A stretch of DNA of 64,000 nucleotides from NCBI GenBank assembly GCA_012295275.1, contig CM022671.1, positions 32,178,001 through 32,242,000 on the forward strand. Reading direction: 5' to 3'. Under the pieces are notes generated by a model. The model saw only the letters and a list, made by a program, of their open reading frames with translations. It was not told the DNA's origin and did no database searches. The DNA is from Chrysomallon squamiferum (lineage: Eukaryota; Animalia; Mollusca). Positions 1 through 13,922 of the stretch are shown one piece after another; position 1 is the stretch's first letter, and every line of letters starts with the position of its first letter. Position numbers and translations under genes: made by a program.

Positions 1-779
1 TGACATCACAGCTATTTGAAAAACTACACCAGTCTCCCCAAGTAAGCCACATTATGTTTGATCTTTGTTTCATGTGCAAATACCTACATCCTATTTAATC
101 ACTCACTGACTGCCGCATTAATCCCCAGCCTCTGGGCAAACCCAGGCAGGTTACACATGCTTAGATACACACACTGATATTGCCTTCAGTTTAAAAAAAA
201 AATGAAATGAACTCCTCACCATGAATTTTGACAGCATCATGATTGATAAAGCGCTGTAGCTGCTGCTGTTTTTATCTGGCTGTGGTAATTTGTTCACAGT
301 AGGGAGACATGGTTTTAAATGAAGTTTACACTGTGGATTCATACTCCCTGCAGAGTTGGCTTGGGGGAAAAAATAAAAAATAAAAAAAATAAAAATAAAA
401 AGCTGGAATGTTGTGTTTTAAGAAATGGACTGTTTTAAGAAGAAGAAAAATATTATTATTATAGTAATAAAAAAATATATATATATATAATTCCAAAAAA
501 GAAAAAAAAAGAAAAAAAAAAGGTAAAGTAAATATTTAGGAGAAGATTTTAGATATTTTGGATGTATTTATTTATTTAAATTTAATAATCTAAATTTTAA
601 ATTGTAGATAAATTGCTGGCAAAATAAATATCTGAATAGTTTCATTCAGATGTTTGATATTTAGAGTAAATTAATAGATTATCATTTACCATTTAAAAAT
701 ATGGTTAAATACAATCACTGTTTATTTCATATGAATTCATTTTAAATATAGTTTTGCATTTTTTGGTTTTGGGTTTGTT

Positions 780-818
<39 letters not shown>

Positions 819-2024
819 TTTATCTCTTTGTTTTGGAAAACCATTCTACATGATATTTTTGAATGATTCAAATTTATAACTTTTTTTATTAATTTATTTT
901 GAATAGATAATAAATTTTACTAATTTTACAAATCCCAACAGTTTATTTAAAAGAGCAAACATCTATTGATAATTTCTTATTAGTTGAAATGTAAATAAAT
1001 AAAGCAAAACTGAAAAATTATGTTTAAAATTATTGACATGTGACTGAAAAAATATAAAAGTTTTTATCAGCTTTAGATTTAAAAGAAAGAAAACAAAACA
1101 AAAAAAATTAAAAGACAAAACTCGCTGTTCAAAGGAAGAAATCACTTGATAATCACTCTTTTGTATGTTTGCAAATCATAATTAATTGGACATGAGAAAA
1201 AAAAATCTGTATGCTGTAATTGACAGTATTGATTATGGATATTGTTAGAACCAGCTGAAAGCACTGCAAACATGTCTCTCTTATCATTTTTTTTTTTTTT
1301 TTTTGAGCTTAATGTCACAATCGAAACGCAATTGCGATGTAATTTCATAGATAATGAGGACAACTTAATGCTGAAAAATACTAAAAAGGCATGGCTGCCC
1401 TATTTGAGAGGCACCCACGAACATTATCTCCAAAGAAATACCGGAAATGAGAGGATGAAAAGCACCTCTTGTTTATGAAATAAAAGAATTTTATTGACCG
1501 TGGCAAATAATGAGTATGTGCACAGACACACGTTGAACGATGTTGCCATTTCTAAAAGCTTCCTCCGCTAACGGTTCCAATAAATGGCTCGAGCAATAAC
1601 GCACTCATCTCTTTGTATGTGCCAAAGATCAGGCCAAACAATGACAACTTTCTGCTCCATTAGTCCAAATTAACCTGGCTCACAGTTATTGTCTGCCTGA
1701 ATTAAAAATGATACCTGTACGAGATTAGTAAAAAACTGTTATAGATCAGTGGAAAGTCACTCTTTGTATATCTGTTGTGCAGCAGGCAGCCAGCTATAGG
1801 GGAATTAGTCGAGGCTTTTATTGTGAAGAGCTTGAAAGGATTCGGTGTGGATTTGATTGTGAGTTTGTCAAGAGCTGTACATTAAAACTGATGGTCTGTT
1901 AGCAGCAGTGATTTCCAAGAACAAGGAAAACAATTCTGAGTTGCTTCTTAACTATAAGGAATAGTTGATGTTTTAATTGGGTACAGTTAATAAGTATACT
2001 TTGTTCTGATGGTTATTGATTTTT

Positions 2025-2049
2025 ATCATCATCATCATCATCATCATCA
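2025..2049. repeat. (ATC)n microsatellite
   Basis: Direct reading; degenerate ATC-rich sequence continues to ~2160. Confidence 0.9.
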
Positions 2050-5000
2050 CAGTCACTGCCACCATTATCATTTTATATAATTTCATCACTATTATCATTA
2101 TATCAGCATCAACATCATCAATACAACTAAAGTTGTTGCTAACATCACCTTAATGATCATCTTTTTATTTTTATTTTTGCATTCTGCAGTAATATATTGC
2201 TAGAAAGAAAGAAAAAAGCCATTTTTAATTGAAACAAATATGGCGATACTCTTTTAATCACTTTAATAATGTTTGTAAATGATGGAAATAATATTACAAT
2301 TAACATAAAAGTGGGGTAATATGTGTGGGTGAATCCAGTACATGTTTCTCTCAGCCATTTTTTCAGTTTTTATTACGATCATTAATGGGCTTTTTTTTTT
2401 CCATCTCGAAGGCAGAATGTTATTTAGTTTCCTGATATGGGAAAAGCTATATGGCGTAATCTCACTTTTTATTTGCATTCTTGTCAGATGAGATAATACA
2501 TACTAGACTGTAATATTTTTCTATTACTTGCTTTTTATTTTGATTTACATGTAAAATAATGAAAATAATAACAGTAATTTCTTTTTTGTTAATAAATTTA
2601 ATGTATTAATCAGTCATTATTTAAAAAGCTTAGAATAGGAGTAATTTTAATTTTCAATATTACATTTTAATATTTCAACCATATTTTAATGCTTTATATT
2701 TTTACAGCATTTTTATGGGGAAAAACTAAAAACTGAAATAAATGATTATTATGTGTTCATGTTAATGTGTATCAAAATTGTTTTTTCAAATTCCATTTTT
2801 TGCCTTCATGTCTCCCACTAGATGAATATAAATTGATATTGGCAGACATTATTAATGGATATTACAGCCATTCAAGTGCATTTTCTTTTATTACCAGTGT
2901 CGCTGGTTAAATAATGTATTTTTATTCTTTACAAGTGTTGGCACCTGACTTGGCAAACACACTAAGCTGACATATTTACTTGTGACTGTAAATGCCTATT
3001 TAAATACATTAAATTAAATATTATTGCCTCCATTCAACTTTAAGTATGTAGTTTGCCCCAAGAAGCAAATGCTTTATCCTTGGTAATGTTCAATAACTTT
3101 GAAATGTAATTTTATTTTTGCTGATGGACATAAAAATATAATTACACTATTCAATAATGTTCAAAGCACTTTTGCTTCATTGAGTTAGCATGCAAGTTTC
3201 CTCAAAGACATTTATCTGTCTTTACCCTTTGGAAAAATGCAATAAAATATTGAACATGTCCATTCATAGGGCAGTCTTTTGCTGTTCTTGCTTCATGTTT
3301 AGGCACTTCACTTTGAAAATGAATTCAGTGGCTTGTAATAAGCTGTTAGATAAACATACATTTACCAAAATGCAGTTAACATACTTATTGTATAGACACT
3401 AGACATAATTTAAAAGAAACACAGAAGGAGAGAGGGGAAAACATTGTATATATACATTCTGTTTTCACAGGTTAATAATTGCCTGTGGCAGGATGTTTGG
3501 ATCTGATTGCATATTTTGTCTGATTACTGTGTGAACATATTGCATAGTGCAAAGGCCTCTAGTAATAATTTCTGTAGCCACTGTGCATAACCTGACATGT
3601 CGTTTCTAATGCTTCATTGGTTAAATATTTCATACTGTGGATAAACAGGAAAGCTAGATAGTTAGGTTTAGCTGAATGCATGTATACTTTCATTTGTTCG
3701 GTGTTTTTTAAAAGTATGCTTAGAGACCACTTTGTTTACTTTCTGTATGATTTCACCATCTTGGAAACACATCATATGGAAATATAGGGGTTTTTTTTCT
3801 TAAGAATTTTGAGGTGATATCCCAGTGGTAGAATAAGCACAATTGATGTAATTGGAATCTGGACTCTAATAGAAGCTGAGACTGTTACTCTCTTGCCCTG
3901 TGGTTTCCTCATCACCAAGTGAGCATGGATGTGTCAGAGGTAGGCTGAAATTTGTTTTTCATTGTGGCGTCGCCAAATTGGCGGGAGCATAACAATCAAA
4001 TTATGGCTCTATCCGCGAAAACTTTGTTCATTTTTTTTTTTTTTTTGTTCCATCTGGCTCCAGCCTGCTTCATTCAGGAAGTAATAACAATTATCAAGTT
4101 ACTCTGACAGAATAAAAGCAATTTGATGGAATATTGCCTTTTCATTCATCAGACAAAAACTGGGGGGAAAGACAGAAAATTCAAATTTGATTATAGATGG
4201 TAACACTGTTAAAGGAAGCAGTGGTGAAGAATTTGTGTCTGGTGCTATGGCAGACTAACAAATAGTAATCTAAAGCTAATTTTTGGTTCACTGTATCTTT
4301 TGCACACTTTTTAATTTCTTTCTCCATTTACAATACTGAATTTTAAAATATGTTGTAATTGTTGCATAGCAGATTATTTTATTTTATTTTATTTTATTTT
4401 ATTTTTTTTTTTTTTTTTTTTTTTTTAATGTAGTTCTCTTGAAATCTGGTTTGACAAACTAATAGGCTTAATTATTTTAAAACAGATTGTTGGCATCAGG
4501 ATTATGACAATACCATTATATTTATTGAATTCTAGGATGATAATAATAATAATAATACAACAGCTGAAACAATAATCATCATCATTATCATCAACTACAA
4601 TAAATTTATACATTTAATTCATTTTTATATTTTTTATTAATTTTTTTTACTTTATCAAGAAAATTATTTTTAATGTATATTTGTGTGCTTTCAAATTGGA
4701 ATGTAAAGTAGCTAGAGTTGATGTATTTTTTTTTTTTTTTAAATTCTGTTTTGAGTTTTTCTTTAACGGTGTTACAGATGGCAAACTACATTTCTTGTTA
4801 ATGGATACCTGTTGTATTTGTTTCATTTTAGCCCACATAATATTTCACTGTCACAACACTGAATAGAAAAAGCTTTACAGATGCCTGTCTTTTTAAAAAA
4901 CCAACAGAAATGTAGAAATAGCATTGTTTTATTACATTTATTTATTTAACTGGTTAAAAAGAAGAAATAAAATAAATAACTAAAAATAAATAAATCATTT

Positions 5001-8000
5001 TTGTTTTCAAACATGTACAGTGTCTCATATTGACAGACTGTGGTACAGTGAAGGTTGGTCTTACATTTCCCAGACTAACTTATAGCTAATTTGTAATCTT
5101 GACAAGACAGATATGTTTTAATGCTATCCAAAGAAACAGTTGGTTATGGATTTATGTACAAACCTCCTGAGCCTGCAGCTTGTTTTATCAGTTTGAAAGG
5201 GAGAAAAAAAAATGTCTGAAAGTCTATACCCATACAGGTGGGATCAGCTTAGGCAGATATGCCAGAACATTCTTACCTAGGATTTCCCAGCTGACTCATC
5301 CCAAATAAACACTCAAAACAGATGGTTGCGACTACACAGAATTATTTTTTCAAGTTTGTATGACTATGCAAATCTCCTTGATAAATGTTAATAATATGAG
5401 ATATCCCAAACCTGATACTAACTTTTAAAGTGGCATATCTTGCTGTTGTAAAGAGACCCTCTGATAGAGAAAGAAAAAAAAGGTATTGAAACACTAAGTC
5501 GAGAGATTTATGTCAATAAAGTAAAAATCTAATATCACTGAATTTACTCTATAGCCAAACACTTGATAAATCATTTGAGAATAATCTGCCAGAGGGTGAA
5601 ATAAAAAATATTAAAGTCGGTACTAATCTTTTTTTATTAGCATCCGTGGGGTGGTAGTGCATTATGGAATTTATTTAATTTTTTTTTTTTTTTTTCAAAA
5701 AGTAAATGTTTCCTTCACTTCCTTATCAACTTCTTTTTATTTGTGTTTGTGTGTGTTAAAAACTACATCTTTTTTCCCATCTGGTTTTTAAACATTAAAA
5801 AAAATTCTGGTTGATATAAATATAAAAATATTTGCTTTTTATTTAAGTGTAATTTGTTTTATTAGTGTTATGGAAAAATGGAAAATAAATACATTTCTTT
5901 ATATTTTTGTCTAGTGTTGAAAAACTAAAATAATGATCATGTTTCTTTCTCAGCAGAAAAGTAAATTAATTATTGATCTTTATTTTATGTAATTTGTGCT
6001 TTACAATTATTTCATTTTACATACTAGAATAAGAAAGGTATTTTTTGTCCTCCAATTTAAGAATCAATAGTCATATAAAAAATTTCATTTTGATGTAGAC
6101 CCAAGTTTTTAATATTTATTTATTTAAAATAACTATTGGAGGCATTAAATGTAAAATAAATTTGTTTGATGAATAGTTTTATTTTCATTACAGATATCTG
6201 GCAGTTATAACTTTATTAGCCTTCTACTGAAATAAAACCTAAGCTTGACATATCATGTTACTAAAATGTATCTGTAATATTCTTAACAAAGATAAACATT
6301 GTTATTAGAATATCATCAGTGACATACAACAACAGATGAGCATAAACTTGATACCCAGTTAAAAAATGTAAGTGATACTCAGTTAATAGTTTGACATATC
6401 AGCTTGATAGCCTGTTATTACATTGTAAAATCAGCTTGTTACCTTATTACTAAAATGTAACAGCAGTGTATATATCTGATAAACATCAGCTCTTAAGAAA
6501 GCAGTTGCTTTGTATTATGTTTCGGTAATGAAATATTCCTTGTGACAGTTTCCGTTTATTGCCTGGCTTTTTCTTTAAAGCCAGAAACAAAATCTCTGCA
6601 GTAATTAAATAAAGCATTTACTAATCATAATACTTTTTCCTCTTTTTTTTTTCTTTTTTTTTTATTCAGTCTGGATTAAGAAAAAAATGTTGCACTATTT
6701 TTATTTTTCATTATTTTTAATTTTTAATTTTTTTTTTTTTTTTATGTATCACACTTGATCCTCATTTTAAAAGAAGAAAAAATCCTTGTCTTAATTTGTT
6801 TAATGCAGCGTATTAACACCCACAAATGAAACCCATTAACTGTATCAGTTTTTGAGCTGCTGCCTCTTCCACTTAGTAGGGGGCCTAACAGCTTTCCTTC
6901 ATGTTTATGTCTGCAGCTATAATGTGATTAGTTAAAACTCGTTAGGATGGCAGCAGTTCTATCAGCTGTAAACACCGGCAGCCATTACAAGTCTCACAGC
7001 TGATTTACACCTAGCTGTTACACTAACAAACTGCAGTCATTCTCAAGTACATGCTACCATTCTTGTCATATTTATTTGGGCAAGTATGGCCACCTGAACT
7101 CTTTGTAAAGGAAGTTTTCAGGGATGGGGATCTCTCTTGAACCTGAACTGCCTAATGAAAGAAGATCTGGGGAAAAAGAAGTTTATTGGACTTCCCAGTA
7201 AAAAAAAATCTGAAGAAAAAAAAAATTGTTATGTAAAATAGTGTATGGTTTTGTTTTTATCTTTTACTAGCCTGCCTTGGAATGGACAGCTTATGAATTT
7301 AAATTACAAGTTCTGTTACTATTTAGGGAGAACCTATATTGTAAGAAATATGTCTGAATAGAAACAAGGCAAAATCAATATTATTATTATTACTATTATT
7401 TTTTTTTTTTTAAATAACAACTATCCTAAATTACAACTATCCTAAATTTCAAAAAGAACACAAATGATACTATTCATTATTCAAATATTCTAAATTCACA
7501 AAAACATTTTAAAAAATTGAAAATGTTGTTGAATAATTCATAAGGCTATGAAGGATATTTTTTCAAGATCAAATGAAAATGCTGTTACACCATTATGGCT
7601 CTGCAGTTGAGAATGGAAATCTTCTATTAATAAAAACTTCTCCAGACAGATTAGTTTAAAACTTTTGGCATGTTTTTCTGTCTCAGAAAGAATCCAATAA
7701 ACCTGGATTTGTTTCTTTTATTTACAAAATGCTTTGAGAATCATTTGATGGTTTTTTCCAACAGCAAAACTGTGGCCAACTTTGTTGTGGGCTGCTGATC
7801 TCGTGTTTTAGCAAGCAATTTGGAGCAGGAGAGTGCCAGGTAAGCCTTTAAGTCAGTGTGTTCATAAAAACAATCCTGTTTTTTCACATTATGCTGGTCA
7901 GGCAATCCGTTGAGCCAGCCACAAGCTTTTCCAATATATGCACAGAGCTCTGATCTTGATCAGCTTCATGCTTGAGGACTTTGTTATAAGCAGACAATCC

Positions 8001-10049
8001 AGCATAATGCCCTTTGGAATGTGTGTAAGTTAGGAGAGATGACTTTGCATACAGAGACTTTGGCTTACAAAACCCATTGGACATTTTCCCATTCACCGAT
8101 GGTCACTACACTCAATACTGGAGTTAATCTGGTGTGAATGATGGGTTCTTACTGCATACAAATGAGTGGTAATGTTGTTTTAGAAAAATCTTTTTTTCTT
8201 CTTTGATAGGCTCTTTATCATCTAGGGCTTGGCTGAGATGCCTACAGATCACCATTTGTCATACTATTTTCTTAAACAAGATAAATGTTCATTTATTAGT
8301 GGGTAAGTTGTTTTTTTTATCACCAGAATTGGATAATAACATATAATAATAGAAATGGCAATACTAGTGAAATTCTAGAAATGGTTTTTGAGGAGTGATC
8401 TATAATAATTTCAAATGAAGACATCTTTGACTTAATTTTCCTAATTAAATTGATTTTTCTTTTTTCTTTTCTTCTTGAACAGAAATATATGAATATACGT
8501 ACTAAAGTACATCTTAATTATATTGTGTCCTGATAGAATATTTTACTGAATACATATTGTTACCATGCACATACCTTGAGATATATCAGCTTAAATTAGA
8601 TTTTAAAAAGGAAAAGAAAAGAAATAAATCTCTTAACACAAGGAATTTTGTTTGTCCACTGTCAATTTCACTGCCTAATTACCATTTTTACACACCAACA
8701 GAGTATACTTTGCCATTACGTATCAAAGACAGGTTGTTTGAGTTTACAAACTTAAATTACTCTATTTGTTCACCTGATCCTGGTGTTGGGTAACCCAGTA
8801 AGAAAGACTTGGATTACATGCTTCATATCATAGGAAGTTAGTAATTTTCACATTGTAGATGACTCCAGCCAAGAGTTATCTCTAGGTGGTGGCTATGAAG
8901 TGGTGACAGTTTGAGTATGCAGTCTGCACCAAGTCTCAGAAAAACATTTCAGTTCTGCAAGAAGGTCATCATCTTGGTTTGGTGTAATCCCTAGACAATC
9001 GTGTAACTATGTAGCTGCCCTGGTAAATACTTGAGTTGTTGAAACACTGGGAGATAGTGAAGAGCCAGCCCAGTGATAAATGGGTATCATCATTACAAGA
9101 TTAGCTTTATCCATCACCTTAGAGTGAGATAGCAGGCTCACTGGGGTGGTGTCATGTTGGTTACTCGTGTATTTGACTTCAGGTGAATGTTTCTGTAGTA
9201 GCAGGTTTCTGATAATGGTATTTTTAATGGGTTTTTTAGCATTCAGCTCTGTATAATCACAGAGTACAAAGAAAAAGTAATATGTGAACATTTTATTTTA
9301 TTTTCACAGATTCATGCTTACATGTACACTTTCTTAACTGACTGGTTGAATATAAATTTTAATAATTAGTACCAAAGCAATTGTGAAATTAATAGGAGTG
9401 TGTTGATTTTATTTACACAAAATTCATACTTAAATGAACACGCTTAATGATTGGTTGCATGCAAGCTTTAATGTTTGGTAACAAGATCTCCATTATGAAA
9501 CATGTCATTGTTGATAGAATTTTTTTTTCTTTTAAGGAACTGCTGTGAGTTTTTAGAAAATAATAAATTAATTTTGATTTGACACAGCTAAGTCTTCTCA
9601 GTATTTCATGCTACTGTTATTGCTTTGTGAGTTGTGATAACACCAAGTACAATATTAGTTCAGTGGATTATATATGTTTTTGTTTGTTTTATTTATGTTT
9701 TTGTTTGTTTTATTTATTTATTTATTTGTTGTTTTGCATATTATTATTATTAATTTATTATTATTGTTATTGTTTTGTTTTGTTATCTTTTTTATTAATA
9801 TTTATTTATTTAAAAAAAAAAAAAAAAAAAAAATTGTATTTGAAATATGATTTAAAATATTAATTTTTATTATTCCTATCAATCATTATAGCATTCTTTT
9901 TTTTCAAATGGAATGTTATTTTAAATTTTTGATATAATTTAAACATTTTAATTTTTTTTAATGCATTTTATTAATTCATTTAACAATCTTTCTGAAATTT
10001 TTATACACATTAAATCATAAATTATATTTTCTTTATCATACTTTTTTTC

Positions 10050-10151
10050 CTTTTTTTAATCACTCAACCATTTACATCAGTCTTTTTTTTTATTTCCTTT
10101 TTTTTTTTTTCTTTTTTTAATCACTCATCCATTTACATCAGTCTTTTTTTT
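10050..10151. repeat. Direct repeat, 61-bp period, 2 copies
   Basis: tttaatcactca(a/t)ccatttacatcagtcttttt occurs twice. Confidence 0.85.
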
Positions 10152-13100
10152 TTTAATCTCCCTAAAGAATCCATTAGATTGTCTGGCTTCTGTAATAGCA
10201 ATTCAGGTCTTGTAACAGGTAATAAATAATAATTTCTGTCTGAGAGAGGCAATTCTGATTACAGGAATATGGCAAGTGCTCTTATAGTTTATGGCAATGG
10301 TTTCTAGGCATTTCGGCGACAGTTACTCAGCATTTACTGAATGTTTCTTACTCGGGAAGCATGTTTGTTCTGAAGAATGAGAACTGAGATATTTATTGAT
10401 CGCCATGAATGGTATTTGATCAGCGTCTCGAGATGAAAACCATAACAACTTCTAATATTTATAGTTGATGATGATATTTGCATTCGCCTCTTGAGAGATC
10501 ACTCGTAGCTGTCTTATTCAGACTATTAGTTCCCACAAGTTGATATTTCTTACAATGAAACAAGCAGGCTTTATTTAAAGAGAAAATATTTTTTTAAAGA
10601 AATACTGGAAATAAGTCATATTTCTAGGTTTCTTTTTTTTTTGTTGTTGTTTATTTTATTTTATTTTTATTTTTATTTTTTTTTGTATCTGGAATCAGTC
10701 ATTTGATTTTATAATGATACTAAGGGTTACTGTTACCAATATCAACAAGAAATCATTTACATACTCTGGCAGAAAATTGTTTGGCTACTTTCTGCAGAAA
10801 CTTAGTGAACTATGACCTTTTATCAAAGGCTGTGGTATGTGCTTCCTGTCAGTGGAATATAATAATAATAATAAAAATTATATAATTCTCTATATGGATA
10901 ATATTTTTCAAAAGTTTCTTTAAATTTTATTTTATACCTTTTTTTGGCATCATCATAAAATAAAAATTTTGCAACACATATATGTTGTTAGTATTGAAGT
11001 GTATTGAATTGTAGTGAATTATTTGTTAATTTCATTCTGTTGCCTGGGCTGGAATTAATAATAGCCTAATATATACGTTCAGCATAATAGGTCTGATCTT
11101 GCAGCATATGTTTTCTAACGCATTTTTTTCTATAGATTATTTGATAGCTTATTACATCCTGCAGCTAACTAAACAGTATAATGTACCTTGTTTAAATGGT
11201 GTAATAAAGCTTGTTTAACAGTTGTTATTGAACTACGCTGAAGTCACATATCTATTACCTGGGAAATTACCGTTTATCATCACAAAATATGTTTAATAAG
11301 GCAGCCAGCAAATTCTTCAGTGCTGTGTAAACAAACATTTCAATTAAAAGATGTGTGTCAGAACTGATCTGCCTGTGGTTATGTTCCAGAATTCTCCAGT
11401 CTGATCATAGCATTCCTGGAAGATTTTCACATACACTTTCACAGAATCTGCAGAGAAATCTCAGATGGCAACCTACACGTGTTGAGAAAGTATAAATTAT
11501 GTTTGTTATGAAGAACTCGAATCACCTGCTGTTTGTCAAAGAAATACCAGCAGGAACACCAGGATAACAAAGCTGATTTTGAGCTCAGTGGCGAGTTTGA
11601 GATAAAATATCATCACTGTTGTCTGCCACAGATACATATATAGACAGCGAGATGTTGTTTTATCATCTTTATCTGGCAAAGAACAACAAACAGTTTGCCC
11701 TCACTTTCCTGCTATCAGCAGAGAAGGTTCAATTCTTTACCCTATGTTGATTCAGTCGGGCTATCTGGGGTTCATCTTGATGAAGGAAATTATCTCTGTG
11801 ATGGAAATGTGGCTGCTGCAGGGTTCTTCCACTTGTAGTTTAATATTCATGATGTTTTTCTTATTTATTTACTCTTTTATTTCTTATTGAAAAAAAAATA
11901 ATTAAAAATTACCTCCCACGATAATATAATTTGTTACATGCATATCAGAATAATTTATCAATAGATGTCTGGTCCTGAATGTTTTATATTCATTGGGGTT
12001 TCTACTAATTTCCTTGCATAATATATATATTTTTTTTTTCCTTCTGATATTCAGTTCCTTTATTCTGATTCTTTGTTTCTATGTCTGTTTGTGGAGAGGG
12101 TATGAGTGTGGAATGTGAATGTTCTGTCTTTACTTAATTATTTAAAAAAAAAAATACAACAACATCACCAAACAAAGAAGAAGAAGACGACGAAAAACAA
12201 GTGTCGCATTGAATTAACATGTTGAAAATTGAAAATCATTATATAGATGTATTCACCACAACAGAAGAATCTTACATCAAAGTTAATTTGAAATTAATTT
12301 CAGGGTGATTTGTAATGTGAAGTCATCAAACAGCCAGTGACATCATTAGTGAACTAACACAGAGGCAGACTGTGGTTACTGGTTAGTCATTAGGAAAGCA
12401 GTTTGCCAATGATGTGTATTAACAAGCAGTAATCATTACATTCTACAACAGACTGACGCTAGATTAGTGCTGCTACTTGCAGAAATCACCAGCCTTCCAT
12501 TAATTGAACTTGACTGCAAAACTAAATATATTGCACTCCCAGGATTTGGAAAAGAGAAAATGTTATAGATCCTTTTATTTTGTATAAATGTCTAACTGTT
12601 TTGAAACATGTCAGTAGCCACTGACAGTTAGAATGGCAGTGTGTCTTATACTTCATTAGTTATCTCCTGGTAGGAATTAGGCACAGGATGTGATCCAACT
12701 TTTAATGTGAAGACATAACCATTGTTCTGTTTTATAGATTACTTTTATTTAGTCATGTTACAGCTTTTCATTTTTTATCTGTTTTTTTGTTAAATTATTC
12801 CTTACCTTAATTATATTCTTAAATTATAAGACGTACAGAATGAGGTTTAAAATTTATATTTTTGTAGTGAAAAGTAATTAAATTTGTATAGACAAACAAT
12901 ATAAATTTAACATTGGGTCATGGGAAAGGTTGCTAACTGAACTGTTAATGGTGTGATATTCAGGTGCAGGAATAATCACCAGCAGCAATTACAAGTCACT
13001 GTTGGGTATTGTACTCAATAATATAGGCTAAAATAAACAGTTTAAAAAAAAAAAAAAAAAAAAAAATAGTAAAATTTTTTTTTTTTAAAGTGTAAAATAA

Positions 13101-13870
13101 TAATAATAAAAGGATCCATTGCGTTGGTCTTGACAAGTGGTGAATCACACCACTGAGTGCACGCAGGTACAGTTCAGTGGATTGAATGGCCTCTTGATAA
13201 TGAGTTATAACATGTTAACAGCACTGGAGATCATAATGGGTCTATTTTTCAAATAATGACAGATGGGCTTCCAACACAAGATGGGTTGAAGAGTTTTCCC
13301 ATGTTTTCACACAGAAATTTTCAATTTCTTCAGCACACAGACCTGTATGCATGCATATGTGTGCATACACATACATGAAAAGCTTTTTGATTTTACTATA
13401 ATCAGTACATAGTTGTTGGGTTTTTGTCAGGGTTTTTTCTCTGTCTGTCTTGTTACAATTTTTTAAAAATTCATAAAGAGGGTGAACCAGGTTTTTATTT
13501 TATTACCTGATATATAATCAATCACTGATGTGTACTGAAGAATTGCTTCCCATTTTTTTCAAGTGGATGGAATTACAAAACAAAATCACTTGGGAACTGA
13601 AGATGACATATGGTCCTTAAAGATTTCTGCATGGTTTTCAGCACTGATGTTTATAGCAGTGATTAATATGATATGAATTACCAGCCTCTGCTTTGTGTAT
13701 GTGTGTGTGAACGCATTAAATAAACTTAACAAGGCTGTCTTCTTTCTTCTTTGAAAAAAAAAAAAAAAAAATTTCTTCTGGGAGAAAAGTGAGATTACCA
13801 TGTGTCAGCATCTACTGAGTACTGTTTAGGTGCTTTTGATATATTGAAGTGAGAGATAGAAATAATGAAC

Positions 13871-13922
13871 GAGTGAGTGTGAGTGAGTGAGTGAGAGTGT
13901 GTGTGTGTGTGTGTGTGTGTGT
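13871..13922. repeat. (GAGT)n(GT)n compound microsatellite
   Basis: Direct reading. Confidence 0.9.

Noticed and set aside
8210-8308. Possible 93-nt exon, or 3-nt TGG microexon, before GTAAGT at 8303
   Set aside because: The 93-nt version has an early TGA in phase 0, and the 3-nt version has a weak acceptor.
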